Source of the DNA: Chiloscyllium plagiosum
Lineage: Eukaryota
Assembly (NCBI RefSeq): GCF_004010195.1
Contig: NC_057711.1
Coordinates: 75,144,149 to 75,208,148, forward strand
Direction: 5' to 3'
DNA: 64,000 nt
Shown piece by piece: positions 12,700-25,416 of the stretch. A model generated the notes under the pieces. It made no database searches. It was given only the letters and a program-made list of their open reading frames with translations, and was not told the origin of the DNA. How positions within the stretch are numbered: position 1 is the stretch's first letter; each line of letters opens with the position of its first letter. The position numbers and the translations under genes were made by a program.

Positions 12700-13449
12700 T
12701 AACCAGAATGCAAAGTACTGGGCTAATGGTAAGATTCTTGATAGTGTAGATGAGCAGAGAGATCTCGGTGTCCATGTACACAGATCCTTGAAAGTTGCCA
12801 CTCAGGTTGACAGGGTTGTTAAGAAGGCATACAGTATTTTAGCTTTTATTAATAGAGGGATCGAGTTCCGGAACCACGAGATTATGCTGCAGCTGTACAA
12901 AACTCTGGTGCGGCCACACTTGGAGTATTGTGTACAGTTCTGGTCACCGCAGGATGTGGAAGCTTTGGAAGCTTTGGAAGCTTTGGAAAGGGTGCAGAGG
13001 GTATTTACTAGGATGTTGCCTGGTATGGAGGGGAGGTGTTACGAGGAAAGGCTGAGGGACTTGACGCTGTTTTCGTTAGGGAGAAGAAGGTTGAGAGGTA
13101 ACTTAGTAGAGACATATAAGATAATCAGAGGGTTAGATAGGGTGGACAGGGAGAGCCTTTTTCCAAGTATGGTGACGGCGAGCAAGAGGCGGCATAGCTT
13201 TAAATTGAGAGGTGATAGATATAGGACAGATGTCAGAGGTAGTTTCTTTACTCAGAGGGTAGTAAGGATATGGAATGCTTTGCCTGCAACGGTAGTAGAT
13301 TCGCCAACTTTAAGTGCATTTAAGTCGTCATTGGACAAGCATATGGACATACATGGAATAGTGTAGGTTAGATGGGGTTCAGATTGGTATGACAGGTCGG
13401 CGCAACATCAAGGGCCGAAGGGCCTGTACTGCGCTGTAATGTTCTATGT
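12700..13449 (+). mobile_element. Young 5'-truncated CR1 3' end with an open ORF2 C-terminus
   Basis: ORF 12659-13366 (QRDLGVHVHRSLK..RPHLEYCVQFWSP..WNALP); GTTCTAT tail; internal 9-bp triplication giving EALEALEALE. Confidence 0.93.
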
Positions 13450-13454
13450 TAACT

Positions 13455-13590
13455 TAAGCAAAATATTGCAGAGGCTGGAGAGCTGAAATAAAAATGCAGA
13501 GTGCTGGAGAAACTCTGCAGGTCTGACAGCATTTGTAGAGAGAAACACAGTGAACATTTTGAGTCCAATATCTTCAAAACAGATGGATCT
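13455..13590 (-). mobile_element. Degraded Penelope-like terminal fragment (second family)
   Basis: gctggagaaactctgcaggtctgacagcatttgtagagagaaac is shared with copies at 21.2, 29.0, 35.3 and 42.9 kb. Confidence 0.7.
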
Positions 13591-13599
13591 AATGACCAG

Positions 13600-15967
13600 T
13601 TTAAATTAACGTTTTTCTTTTCGCAGTCTGTGTTTTTTTTCAACTAAGAGCAGGAACCCGGAAGTCATCAACAGAGACTTCTGGGAAGGTAAGATGTTTG
13701 AGTGGAGAAGGAACCCGAGACACCACACGTGTAGTATCTCCCACCCTCCCTCCTCCTCTAACCTAGAAAAAAAAGGACTCAGTCGGCTGAACAGGTAAGC
13801 TACTTAATGTTCTTGTTTTGGAGACTAAGTGTAGAGTTATGGCAGCACAGGCAGTGGAATGTTCCTCCTGCAGGATGTTTGAGGTAGAGGTGACCACCGA
13901 TGCTCCTGCCGACTTCATCTGCAGGAAGTGCAGCCAGCTCCAGCTCCTCACAGACCGCGTTAGGGAACTGGAGCTGGAGTTGGATGAACTGAGGATTATT
14001 CGAGAGGCTGAGAGGGTGATAGATAGAAGCTACAGGGACATAGTTACGCCAGAGAACAGAGGTAGCTGGGTAACAGTTAGAGGTGGGAAGGGGAGGAAGC
14101 AGGCAGTGCAGGGATCCCCTGTGGTCATTCCCCTCAACAATAAGTATACCACTTTGGATGCTGTTGGGGGGGACAGCCTAGCAGGGGTAAGCTCAGTGAC
14201 CGGGTCTCTGGCACGAGGTCCAACTATGAGGCCCAGAAGGGAAAGGGGGAGAGGAGGAGAGCGCTAGTTATAGGAGACTCTATAGTTAGAGGGACAGACA
14301 GGCGGTTCTGTGGACATGGGCGAGACTCTCGGATGGTTTGTTGCCTCCCGGGTGCCAGGGTCCGAGACGTCTTGGACCGTGTCTTCAGAATCCTTAAGGG
14401 GGAGGGTGTGCACCCAGAAGTCGTGGTGCACATTGGCACCAACGACATAGGTAGGAAGAGGGGTGGGGAGGTCATTCAGGAGCTCAGGGAGTTATGCTGG
14501 AAGCTAAAAGCTAGGATGGACAGAGTCGTCATCTCTGGGTTGTTGCCGGTGCCACGTGACAGTGAGGCAAGGAATAGGGAGAGAGTGCAGTTGAACACGT
14601 GGCTGCAAGGATGGTGTAGGAGGGAGGGCTTCAGGGCTTTGGACAATTGGACTGCATTCTGGGGAAGGTGGGACCTGTACAAGCAGGACGGGTTGCACCT
14701 GAACCAGAAGGGCACCAATATCCTGGGAGGTAGGTTTAGCACTCTTCAGGGGGGGGGGTTAAACTAATTTGGCAGGGGGATGGGATCGGATTTGTAGTCC
14801 AGCAAGTAGGTTAGCTGTTTGTCAGGATGTCCAAGAATGTAGGGAGGCTGTGGAGAAGGTAGCACTGACAGGGAGTACTTGCGGACACAGAGATAGGCTC
14901 AAGTGTGTATATTTCAACGCAAGGAGTATCAGAAATAAGATGGGTGAACTTAAGGCATAGATCGATACTTGGGACTACAATGTTGTGGCCATCACGGAAA
15001 CGTGGATAGAAGACGGACAGGAATGGTTGTTGGAGATTCCTGGTTACAGATGTTTCAGTAAGATTAGGGGGTGTGGTAAAAAAGGGGGGGGAGTGGCGTT
15101 GCAATTAGAAATGGTATAACGGCTGCAGAAAGGCAGTTCGAGGGGGATCTGCCTTTGGAGGTAGTATGGGCTGAAGTCAGAAATAGGAAAGGAGCAGTCA
15201 CCTTGTTGGGTGTTTACTATAAGCCCGCCAATAGCAGCAGAGATGTGGAGAAACAGATTGGGAAACAGATTTTGGAAAGGTGCAGAAGCCACAGGGTAAT
15301 AGTCATGGGCGATTTCAACTTCCCAAATATTGATTGGAAGCTCTTTAGATCAAGTAGGTTGGACGGGCCAGTGTTTGTGCAGTGTGTCCAGTATGTAGAT
15401 TGTCCGACCAGAGGGGAGGCCATATTGGATTTGGTACTTGGTAACAAACCGGGACAAGTGATGGGCTTGTTAGTGGGTGAGCATTTTGGTGATGGTGACC
15501 ACAATTCTGTGACTTTCACCTTGGTATGGAGAGAGATAGCTGCGTGCAATAGGGCAGGTTTTACAATTGGGGGAAAGGTAATTACGATGCTGCAAGACAG
15601 GATCTGAGGAGCATAAATTGGGAACATAGGCTGTCAGGGAAGGATGTCGTTGAAATGTGGAACTTTTTCAAGGAACAGATACGACGTGTCCTTGATATGT
15701 ATGTACCTGTCAGGCAGGAAAGAAATGGTCGTGTGAGGGAACCTTGGTTGACGAGGGAGGTTGAATGTCTTGTAAAGAGGAAGAACGAGGCTTACATAAG
15801 GTTGAGGAAACAGGGTTCAGACAGAGCAGTGGAGGGATACAGGATAGCCAGAAGGGACCTGAAGAAAGGGATTAGGAGAGCCAAGAGAGGGCATGAAAAA
15901 TCTCTGGCGGATAGGATCAAGGATAACCCAAAGGCATTTTATGCATATGTGAGAAACATGAGAATGA
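13600..15967 (+). mobile_element. 5' half of a full-length CR1 LINE (5' UTR, ORF1, ORF2 endonuclease) running into an assembly gap
   Basis: ORF1 zinc-finger, coiled-coil and esterase motifs, then LKCVYFNARSIRNK..GVYYKP..GDFNFP..GDHNSV; premature TAG at 14958-14960. Confidence 0.95.
13839..14767 (+). pseudogene. CR1 ORF1 (CxxC-CxxC finger, leucine zipper, SGNH/GDSL esterase) with one frameshift near 14195
   Basis: ECSSCRM..FICRKCSQLQLL..ELELELDEL, then ALVIGDSIVRG, VVHIGTND and DGLHLN in a second frame. Confidence 0.92.
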
Positions 15968-16832
15968 NNNNNNNNNNNNNNNNNNNNNNNNNNNNNNNNN
16001 NNNNNNNNNNNNNNNNNNNNNNNNNNNNNNNNNNNNNNNNNNNNNNNNNNNNNNNNNNNNNNNNNNNNNNNNNNNNNNNNNNNNNNNNNNNNNNNNNNNN
16101 NNNNNNNNNNNNNNNNNNNNNNNNNNNNNNNNNNNNNNNNNNNNNNNNNNNNNNNNNNNNNNNNNNNNNNNNNNNNNNNNNNNNNNNNNNNNNNNNNNNN
16201 NNNNNNNNNNNNNNNNNNNNNNNNNNNNNNNNNNNNNNNNNNNNNNNNNNNNNNNNNNNNNNNNNNNNNNNNNNNNNNNNNNNNNNNNNNNNNNNNNNNN
16301 NNNNNNNNNNNNNNNNNNNNNNNNNNNNNNNNNNNNNNNNNNNNNNNNNNNNNNNNNNNNNNNNNNNNNNNNNNNNNNNNNNNNNNNNNNNNNNNNNNNN
16401 NNNNNNNNNNNNNNNNNNNNNNNNNNNNNNNNNNNNNNNNNNNNNNNNNNNNNNNNNNNNNNNNNNNNNNNNNNNNNNNNNNNNNNNNNNNNNNNNNNNN
16501 NNNNNNNNNNNNNNNNNNNNNNNNNNNNNNNNNNNNNNNNNNNNNNNNNNNNNNNNNNNNNNNNNNNNNNNNNNNNNNNNNNNNNNNNNNNNNNNNNNNN
16601 NNNNNNNNNNNNNNNNNNNNNNNNNNNNNNNNNNNNNNNNNNNNNNNNNNNNNNNNNNNNNNNNNNNNNNNNNNNNNNNNNNNNNNNNNNNNNNNNNNNN
16701 NNNNNNNNNNNNNNNNNNNNNNNNNNNNNNNNNNNNNNNNNNNNNNNNNNNNNNNNNNNNNNNNNNNNNNNNNNNNNNNNNNNNNNNNNNNNNNNNNNNN
16801 NNNNNNNNNNNNNNNNNNNNNNNNNNNNNNNN
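15968..16832. other. Assembly gap (others at 32984-33675, 34758-34843 and 60792-60817)
   Basis: Runs of N. Confidence 1.
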
Positions 16833-16994
16833 CATGGCCAATTCACCTAACCTGCACATCTTTGGACTGTGGGAGGAAACCCACGCAGACACAGGGAGAT
16901 TGTGCAAACTCCACAGAGACACTTGTCCAAAGCTGAACCTGGAACCTCAGTGCTGTGAGGCAGCAGTGCTAACCACTGAGCCACTGTGCCGCCC
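16833..16994 (-). mobile_element. HE1-like tRNA-derived SINE, 5' part
   Basis: GGGCGGCACAGTGGCTCAGTGGTTAGCACTGCTGCCTCACAGC head with A box; same family as 59424-59736. Confidence 0.88.
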
Positions 16995-17098
16995 CATTGT
17001 TGGGGATCATCCGAGTGAACTTTGTCTGAACTGCCTCCAACAAAATAATATCCTTTCTGAAATAATGGACCAAAACTGCTCACAGTACTCCAGATGGC

Positions 17099-17268
17099 AT
17101 GGAATGCGCTGCCTGTGGGAGTGGCAGAGTCAGAATCATTGGTGACCTTTAAGCGGCAATTGGATAGGTACATGGATAGGTGCTTAAGCTAGGACAAATG
17201 TTCGGCACAACATCGTGGGCCGAAGGGCCTGTTCTGTGCTGTATTGTTCTATGTTCTATGTTCTATGT
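17099..17268 (+). mobile_element. Short CR1 3' end with (GTTCTAT)n tail, preceded by a minus-strand CR1 scrap at 16996-17098
   Basis: WNALPVGVAESESLVTFKRQLDRYM; gggccgaagggcctgttctgtgctg plus tandem tail. Confidence 0.85.
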
Positions 17269-17492
17269 TGGAAAGTTGGGAAGTGTTGGGCTGTTAGTAC
17301 ATGATAGGTTTAAAATACATAATGAGATAAGCTTCGGATTAAAAGGACTGTTCTCATGAGGAGCTGACCAGTGGGTGACCAGTGTTATAGTACCAATAGA
17401 AAGTCAAGATTTATCTTGGCTGTTGTTCTAGTTTTAAGTCAATGGAGCTAACAGTAATGTGCACTTACTCTGATGTTGATCCTGATGTCTCA

Positions 17493-18335
17493 TTCTTCTT
17501 CTATGGCAGTACCTCATCATGAAGGATAACCCTATTCTGGGAGGGGGGGTTAGGTTCGGCGATGGCTGAATATTCCAATCCTGCCAAAGTTGGGGTGAAT
17601 GGTGTTGGATGAGGTGGATGGATTCTATACTTTTTTTCGTTTGCTTTTCTTTTGCCCTCCATGCGCTCCACTCAGTGACACTCAAAGTGATTAGCACCAT
17701 CATGGATGTTTCTTCTCCAGCTTCAGTCTTCTCGCACAGCCGTTTGGCACATGTTAATGGGGATATTGCATTTGTTTAGGGATATTTTAGGGTGTCCTTG
17801 TAGCATTCCTGCCCTTCCAGTGATTGCTTAGAGCTCAGTGTACAACACTTGTTTAGGGAGTCTTGTGTTTGGCATGTGGACAATGTGGTCCACCCATCAC
17901 AGCTGGACATATCTGACAAATGTAATGATATTGGGGATATTACCCTGGGATAGGATGCTCACATTGGCTTATCTATCCTGCCAACAGATTTGCAGGATTT
18001 TGCAAATGCAACGCTAGTGGTAAATCTCCATGGAGTTGAAGTGTTTGCTATAGACCATCCATGTCTCTGATGCATACACGAGAGTGGGGACTATGGTTGT
18101 TCTGTAGCCCATGAACCAGATGCTGGGTTTGATGTCTTAGACTTCAAACACTCTGTTCCTCAGATACCTGAAGGCTGCACTAGTGCATTTGAGTCAATGA
18201 TGAATTTCATCGTCAATGTCTGCTCACATACGGGAAGCTCCTGAGCTATCGGACATTATTCACATTATCCAGGGGCTTGCCACGGCTTTTGATAGTTGAT
18301 GGCAGTGTTGTGTGGCAGGAGCAGGCTGGTAGTTG
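17493..18335 (-). mobile_element. RTE-clade LINE 3' portion (decayed)
   Basis: Minus translation ADIDDEIHH..SAAFRYLRNRVF..PTLVYASETW..ILQICWQDR..HIVHMPNTRLPKQVLY; AAG-repeat tail at about 17493-17501. Confidence 0.85.
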
Positions 18336-18339
18336 TCCA

Positions 18340-19600
18340 CATCATTCATGCCATGCCATGCCCAGAGTCTATGACTGTTCGACTGACCACTGACTAATCC
18401 ACTCTGTTATGGCCACCAGTCTGGCCCCAAACAGGAGGCTGGAAGAGCACAGCAAGCCAGGCAGCATCAGGAGGTGGAGAAATCAATGTTTCGAATGTAA
18501 TCCTGGGTGTGGGTGTGGGGGGGAGCTGCAGGTAAAGGGGACGGTGGGAGCAGGGTGGTGAAGTGGGAATAGGTGAAGACAGCTTGAGGGTATAACATGG
18601 TTGGTCAATGAGAGGAATGAAACTGGTTGGTGACAGGGAGCAGTGGAAGGGACAGGGAGGGGCTGGGGAGAGAATTTATTTGAAATTGGAGAAGTTGTTG
18701 AGTTCTCTGGGCTGTTTGGTGCCCAGGTGGAAGATGAGGTGTTGTTCCTTCCATTTGTGCTGTGGTTGGTTTTGGTAGTGGAGGAAGCCAAAGATGGTCA
18801 TGTCGGAAAGGGAGTGGTTAGGGGAATTGAAATGGGCGGTTAACCTCCCTCCCCATCCCCTGACCCCAGCATCTGCAGGTTTTTTGTCTCTACCTAAACT
18901 GGCAGAGGCAGAAAATACTCTACTGCAGGAGATTCAATGTGGCAGGACTCAAAGACCCCGAGATTAAAGCTGTACTAAGGAAATATCTCATAGTCTACCT
19001 GATGATGATCAATGTGCCAGAGCCACGGAGTGCTCCACTCTAAAAGTCAACCACAGTCAGTGCCTGCCTGGAGGTGATTGACCTCTCAATTAGCAAATAT
19101 CAAACAAGAAAGATCAAGAGATCTAGCATCTCATAGGCTGCATACATAAGGTGTTCCTGAACTGGCAACTCCATTAAAACTTGAGTGAGAGGAAACAAGC
19201 CCGTAGGCAATTGAAGGCTGAGATGCAACAAAGAACCCAAAACCCAAAGGATAGATGGTGGGTGGACAGGGAGCAAGAATCTCAGCAACTTCCCAGAAAA
19301 TGTAACATGGGTGCAGAAGGCCTCTGCTGTGCAATCAAAACCATCAACAATCCAAGTTCTGACGATGTGCTGCAATGAGAAGCAAAACCATTGAGTGACT
19401 TATCAAACACCAAGAGGCAATCAACGTCCCCTGGAAAGAGCACTTCAAGGATCTCCACCAAGATGCAAATGCTCTCAACACCATCCTACATAACCATAGC
19501 CATCTCAGAGCACCTCCAACTCAGTGATCTCAAAAAAGCCATGCAGCAGCTGATAAACAGCAAGGCATCTGGTGCAGATGCATTCCCTGCTGAAGTTGCA
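18340..19600 (+). mobile_element. RTE-clade LINE upstream portion in inverted orientation (endonuclease end to RT start), interrupted by a PLE
   Basis: HAMPRVYDCSTDH*LIHSVM; QLKAEMQQRT..DRWWV; KAMQQLINSKASGADAFPAE. Confidence 0.8.
18431..18895 (-). mobile_element. Old Penelope-like fragment with a short inverted tail, inserted in the RTE
   Basis: gctggaagagcacagcaagccaggcagcatcagg end, G-rich UTR, GIY-YIG tail; opposite-strand ccagcatctgcagg at about 18866. Confidence 0.75.
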
Positions 19601-19715
19601 TGAGATAATCATATGCCTCAGATACAATGTGATTAGTTGTAATGATGTAATAAACATATTCCTTTTTCATCAAGGGTGAGCTTATCTTCTGCCAACAACT
19701 TTGAGCAGGCATTCT

Positions 19716-19812
19716 CCTACACTTGGTAGCACCAGCTCAGGTCAATTAAGGGTGGCTGATGAACGCTGGCTTGGCCATCAACATCCACATCCTGTGGAAG
19801 CAAATTTAAAAA
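19716..19812 (+). mobile_element. L2/CR1-type 3' tail scrap
   Basis: caattaagggtggctgatgaacgctggcttggccatcaacatccacatcctg resembles the tails at 39520-39590 and 26762-26835. Confidence 0.55.
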
Positions 19813-21213
19813 GTGACCATAAAAAAGACAGAAGAAAAGTTTAACATCGTGCCCAAATGCATTGAGGTGAGGACATGAGGAGATAAAAATTGAGGCTGCT
19901 GTTGAGCACATAGCATCATAGAGTAAATGGTCAGAGGGACAGTGAACACACAATGAGATATAGGGTTAGGAGAATGGATGTAGACAGAGGGAAGGAAAAT
20001 TCCCTTCTGTTGCAGTCTCCAAGAATTTACTCCGGTTGGTTATTTGTGGTTTTGCAGTATACAGTCCTTGAGCTGAGATTTTATTTCTCTCTCCTGGAAA
20101 ATGATGAAAGAAAATAGCATATACATGTGGGAAGTGCATACTGTTAACTGGACACTAGGTGACCCTCAATAGGTCTAAGCGTATTGTTGCCATTATAACA
20201 TATAATTTTGTTTGACCTCTTTTAACATTATTGCTGCTTTGCAAGTAAAAGCAGACCATCATTACCCACCAATTCAAATGGCTATTGAGCCATAAACCAC
20301 AAACCTTCTAACTTATCCATCACATATAATTAGATTATTAAGTATTTGAAATAGCACTGCGATGGAAGCCAGATTTTCATTCAGTACTATTGCTGTAGTA
20401 CCAGGCATTATTCATGGATAGTAGGTGGCTTCGAAATAAAAGCATAACAAACCTTTTTGCTACAACTCAGCATTTCAGACACAAACGGTGCAATGGACAG
20501 ATCGTCAAGTTTCCCCTTCCAGAGAATCCATCAAACTTGCATTAAAGGAGGTCACTTCAAATAGAAAGTATCATTTTGAACACTATAGTCTCAAGTGTGA
20601 AATACTCAGGACATAAACTCTCACAGTGCACAGGCCAGCAAGTCCTAAGTCAGAAAACTCAGTCAACTATTACGAAACTCAGTGCAATTCTTTGACAAGG
20701 CATTCACTTTAAAAGGAAGAGAAATGTTGCAATTCAGAGACATTTGTATTGAAGAGTGAATATATGGGGTCCTTTAAGGGAGAAGATTGTGAAAGAGAAA
20801 GCTAATTCTAATGTCAGCAGATTATTGGAAAATTACATTTAGAGTATTGGTCTAGGCATAGAGATGTACAGCACAAAAACAGACCCTTCTGTTTGCATTG
20901 ACCAGCAAGCAAGCCCTATGCTAGAAAGAGCCTGATATTAGGCCATGTTTATTTCAAACCAGGAAGCCACAAATACCTCCTAAGCATTCAGCAGCAGCTC
21001 ACTAGAGAAATTTCAGTACCCCACTTTATCAACATTAGGGAGTCCTTGCAAGTGGCAGCAGAATGATTAGGACAGCAGGGAGGGACAATTAGAAAGAATT
21101 TGAAGCAGTAATTATTAGTAGGTATGAAGGTGACCAGCAGCAACTCATTATTTTAACATGGAGCCATGTAAAAAACTCCCGCAGATCAACTATGTATATC
21201 CAATGTCTTCAGA

Positions 21214-21445
21214 TTCTTAGCAGGTCTTCTGGCAGCATCTGTGAAGAGAAATCAGAGCTGGGCTGATAAAAGATTTTTTAAATGCCTCGTGGTCTTTGTG
21301 GGAAATGCTTTAAAAGTCATTCTGAAGAAAGGTCACTGGACCTGAAACATTAACTCAGACTTCTCTTCATAGATGCTGCAGATCCGTGGAGATTTACTTG
21401 CAATTTCTGTTTTTATTTCAGATTCCCAGCATCTACACTTCTTTT
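21214..21445. mobile_element. Inverted pair of PLE terminal fragments; hammerhead-like core at 21322-21351 (+)
   Basis: CTGAAGA-A-AGGTC-ACTG-GACCT-GAAAC-ATT with a perfect 5-bp helix II; the left arm is the reverse complement of the downstream sequence. Confidence 0.7.
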
Positions 21446-22849
21446 GGTAGTTTGCTTTCAGACTCTCATTTTTAATCAATGCATTGTTTCCAAGTTGCCC
21501 GTCTAAAATATTTTTATTTCAGAAGAGCCCCACATTTATAACTGAATCAGGAAATATTATCCAAACAATTCAAACAAAATGATTAGTTCATTATTGTAGA
21601 GGTTTTTATGTAATCATTAGAAACATTACAGCAAAACTGATGACCGATATTTGATAAGAGGCTTTCACTCACTATTAAGCTGGTTTGAAATGATCCATGG
21701 TAAAAGGTGAAAAAGAAATGCTTGTATTTATTTATACAACTTTATGATACTCCATGAAATTTCCACAGCCAATTAAGGACAATGACATACAGGCACATTG
21801 CATATTCGTCCTTAAATATGAAGATGGGGCTCTTTTGACAAACTTCATTAGAATTTGAAAATGCTAGAACAAAATAATTCTGAAAATTTTGCAACTTGAC
21901 TCATTTTGTATTTGTACAACTTCTGTTGTCTCCTAGGATTTGAAAAGAAAAGGACTTGAAATGGTGATGTAAAAGTTTTGATTAAATGAGTATTTAAAAA
22001 CAGCAGTACTATACATTTGCAGTCTCCAGGAGCCAACATTTACAAGTTCTACTCTTCTCAGTTACAGTGAAACCCAAACTGGCAATACTCTTCCCTGTAA
22101 ATTTACCAAGAATAATTTCCTGAAATTATACAGGATATCATGGAAAGCATATAGAAATAGGAGTCCTCCACTGTCATTTAATAAGATTGTGAATGATCTC
22201 CGGCTCAGTTACATTACCCTGCATATCCATACATATACTGTATTATCCTTAAATCTCTTGATTCCATCAGTATGTAATTTATCAATTTCTGACTTGAATA
22301 AATGAAGGGAATGATTTTCTGATTTAATTTGTATTTAAAATGTGGTGGCAATTCTGTTAGGTGGCAACTAGCACAATACCCCTACAAAGAAATTCACACC
22401 ATTGTATGCTGACCAGCTCAGTAGGAGCTAACAGGCAAGTGTGGGCAATTTTCTTGGTGTTTTATAGCCTGGACATTGGCATACCAGGTCATCAAACCTA
22501 CTAGCCAACTGAGGTTAACAGCTTCTGTATCCTAAAGACTGCCAGACAGGGCCTACTCCTTTGGTGAACCAGTGGCAAAAACGTTATGTTTCTTTTCCTT
22601 CTTACAGGGTAAGATTATGGGGAGACGGGTGCTGATGGGAAGGGGGGCAGTGAGGGTCAATGTGTCAGAGACAAACTATTTTCTTGCCACCCATCATTGC
22701 CACTGATAATTCCCAGATTTGGACAATTGGGATCCTCCCCAGCCTGGAAGACCTGATCCTTTGATTTACGAGTTAGGAAACTAGCCACTCTTCTCTTCTG
22801 TCAGGGCTTTAACTGATGGCAAATCTCTCAATAAATATAGACATGAAGG

Positions 22850-23260
22850 CATGGTTCTATTTGATAACCTTTAGCAGCTGAGGAAGTTTAGGCCATGATC
22901 TTTATCCATCCTACTTCACGGCTCAAAGACCAGTTTCAGGCAAAATTACAACATGAAATCAAAGAAATAGTTGCAACATTTTATAGTATCTACAATCATA
23001 ATATTCAGCAAGACAGTCTTGATGCAAACCTATCCTTAATGTTGACACTGTTATCAATCAGGAATCAGCAAATGAGTTTAAACAATTCCCAAATCTCTTT
23101 GAAGGCATAGGAAAACTGAATAGTATATGTCACACCACACTGAGGGCAAATGTCAAACACCTCTGTTTGGTCTCACACAGAAAGGTCCCATCCCAACTTA
23201 AAAACAAGGTACAACTGAAGATGGAGGCCATGCTGCAAAGGGGGATATTTCAAAAGGTAT
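22850..23260 (+). mobile_element. Gypsy LTR-retrotransposon pol relic (protease end and RT N-terminus)
   Basis: KDQFQAKLQHEIKEIVATFY..FPNLFEGIGKL..HRKVPSQLKNKVQLKMEAMLQRGIFQKV resembles Gypsy LFxGLGKL..PRKVP..VKxELxxMxxxGVI. Confidence 0.75.
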
Positions 23261-23589
23261 GCGGACAATTAAGAGGTATGCGGAGATTTGACAGATATTT
23301 TCAAAATCATGAGGAGTCTGAACAAAGTGGGTGCTCTGCTATGTTCTCGTTCTTAAAGTTAATGAACCCATCAGAAATTATAACAACTTACATTGAACAG
23401 GGCAGTTCAATGTCAGAGACATCCAAAGATTCTGGTGGAAGATAGACTAGCTTGAAAACAGCACAATCCTCACCAAGCTGAAGACAGAGAAAGTGACTTT
23501 TTCATATTGGAAAAGGGCCTCAAGGGATAGATTCAGGGTCAGCAGCAACACAATGGCATACATTATTTCAGACAGAACTAATAGTCACA

Positions 23590-24868
23590 TTGAAAAATGT
23601 TGGATTGATTTGGTAAGTCAGCATGGATTTATTAAGGGATAATCATGTTGCATTAACTTACTGGAGGTTTTTGAGGAGGTGATTGATAATGGAAGGCTGG
23701 AGTTTTGATGTACATAAATTTCTAAAAGACATTCATAAAGTGCCACATAACAGTCTTGTAAAGAAAGTTATTGGTCCGTGAATAAAATAAAATAAAAGAA
23801 GTAACATAGATAAAAAATAAGGCAACTGAGGAAAAAAGTAACAATGGATAAGGGGCATTTTTTGAGCTGGAAGGTTTATAGTGGAGTTCCTCTGGTGTCT
23901 GTATTGGGGCTCTTGCTTTTCCTGATGCACATAAAAATGATTTTGGTCTTGGTGTACAGGGGCCAGTTTCAAAGATTGTGCATGACACAAAATTTGGTAG
24001 AATTGTAAACTGTGAGTAGGAGAGCTGAAAACCTCAAAAGGACATTGACACATCGGTGGAGTGGGCAGATAGCTGGCAGATGAAGTCCAATGCAGAGAAA
24101 TGAAATGATGCACATTGGTGTAACAAACATTTGGAAAAGGATAAAATAAAGTGCACTATTCTAATGGGTGTGTAGAAGTAGAGAGATGTGTGTGTATATG
24201 TGTATAAGTCAATAAATGTGACAGTGCAGGTAGAGAGAGCTGTTAATAGAGCATACAGTATTCTAACCTTCATTAATAGCAGCATGGAGTACAACATCAG
24301 AGAAGTTATGAGAAGTTATGAGACAGTGTTTAGACTTCAGATGGAGCATTGTGCACAGTTCTGGATGCCACACTGTTGGAAAGATGAGAATGAAGAAAGT
24401 GTAGAAGGTGTTTATGCGAATGGTACAGAGAATGAGACTCTTCAATTATGAGGGAAGATTGGAAAGTTGGGATGATTTTTCTCAGAAGGGGAAGGACAAG
24501 AGGAGATATGACAGATATTTTCAAAATCATGAGGAGTCTGAACAAAGTGGATAGGAAGAAATTGTTTCCCTTCATAAATGGACTAAGAACCTGGGGCCAC
24601 AGTTTAAGAGTGTTTTGGCGAAAAAGCAAATGCAAGGTGAGAAAAAAAACACAGTGAGTAGCTCTGGAATGCATTGTCTGGAAGTGTGGTGAAGGCAAGT
24701 TCAATTAAGGCATTCAAAAGGGCTTTCAATGATTATTCAAATAGAAATAATTTTCAAGGTTACAAGGAGAAGACAGAAGATTGGCCCTGTTAAAATGCCC
24801 GGAGAGCCTGGCCAGACAGGATGAGCTGATTGGCCAATTTCAACCCTGATACATTTCTGTGATTCTGC
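23590..24868 (+). mobile_element. Old CR1 RT to 3' end
   Basis: SQHGFIKG*SCCINLLEVFEEV; QMEHCAQFWMPH; RGDMTDIFKIMRSL. Confidence 0.85.
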
Positions 24869-25095
24869 ATAATGCTGGTAAGGCTTTGACAGCTGAAATT
24901 ATACCTTACTCAAACATCAATTGGCATTGTTTGAAGGAAAACAAATGCTTTTATTTCACTAAAAAAAACAATAACTGAACAGTCTACAATCCCTGATACT
25001 CACAAGAAACTGCGACACCACAGCTAATAACGGTTAAGACAAGGGCTGAGAATTCTCTCAGATATAGTTTGACCAACAACAACACTTCACAATCT

Positions 25096-25416
25096 CCTGA
25101 AAGATTTCACCAAAGAAATTGGTGAAACCACTTGGGAGACCTTTCCTGTGGTGGGGCTAGGTGAGGGGGAGGAGTTGAAGATGTGTAAATAGTATCAGAA
25201 GTGTCAATGGTTGATGGGGACTAAGAATCATAGAGTTACAGCACAGCGGGAGACCCTTCAGTCCAACTCGTCCATGTCAACCAGATATCCTAAACTAATT
25301 GAGTCCCATTTGCCAGCATTTGGCCCTTATCCCTCTAAACCATTACTATTCATATACTTATTCAGATGCCTTTTAAATGCGGTCATTGTACCAGCCTCTA
25401 CTACTTCATCTGGCAG
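25096..25416 (+). repeat. 321-bp direct duplication, copy 1 (copy 2 at 26181-26501)
   Basis: Offset 1085; only two mismatches seen (ggagttgaag/ggagtggaag and agagttaca/agagtcaca). Confidence 0.95.

Noticed and set aside
12659..13366. 235-aa open ORF as a host gene
   Set aside because: It is the C-terminus of CR1 ORF2 with a chance upstream start in flanking DNA.
15655..17145. Long ORFs of 290-500 aa in the ORF track (also 32932-34051)
   Set aside because: Artefacts of N runs translated as X.
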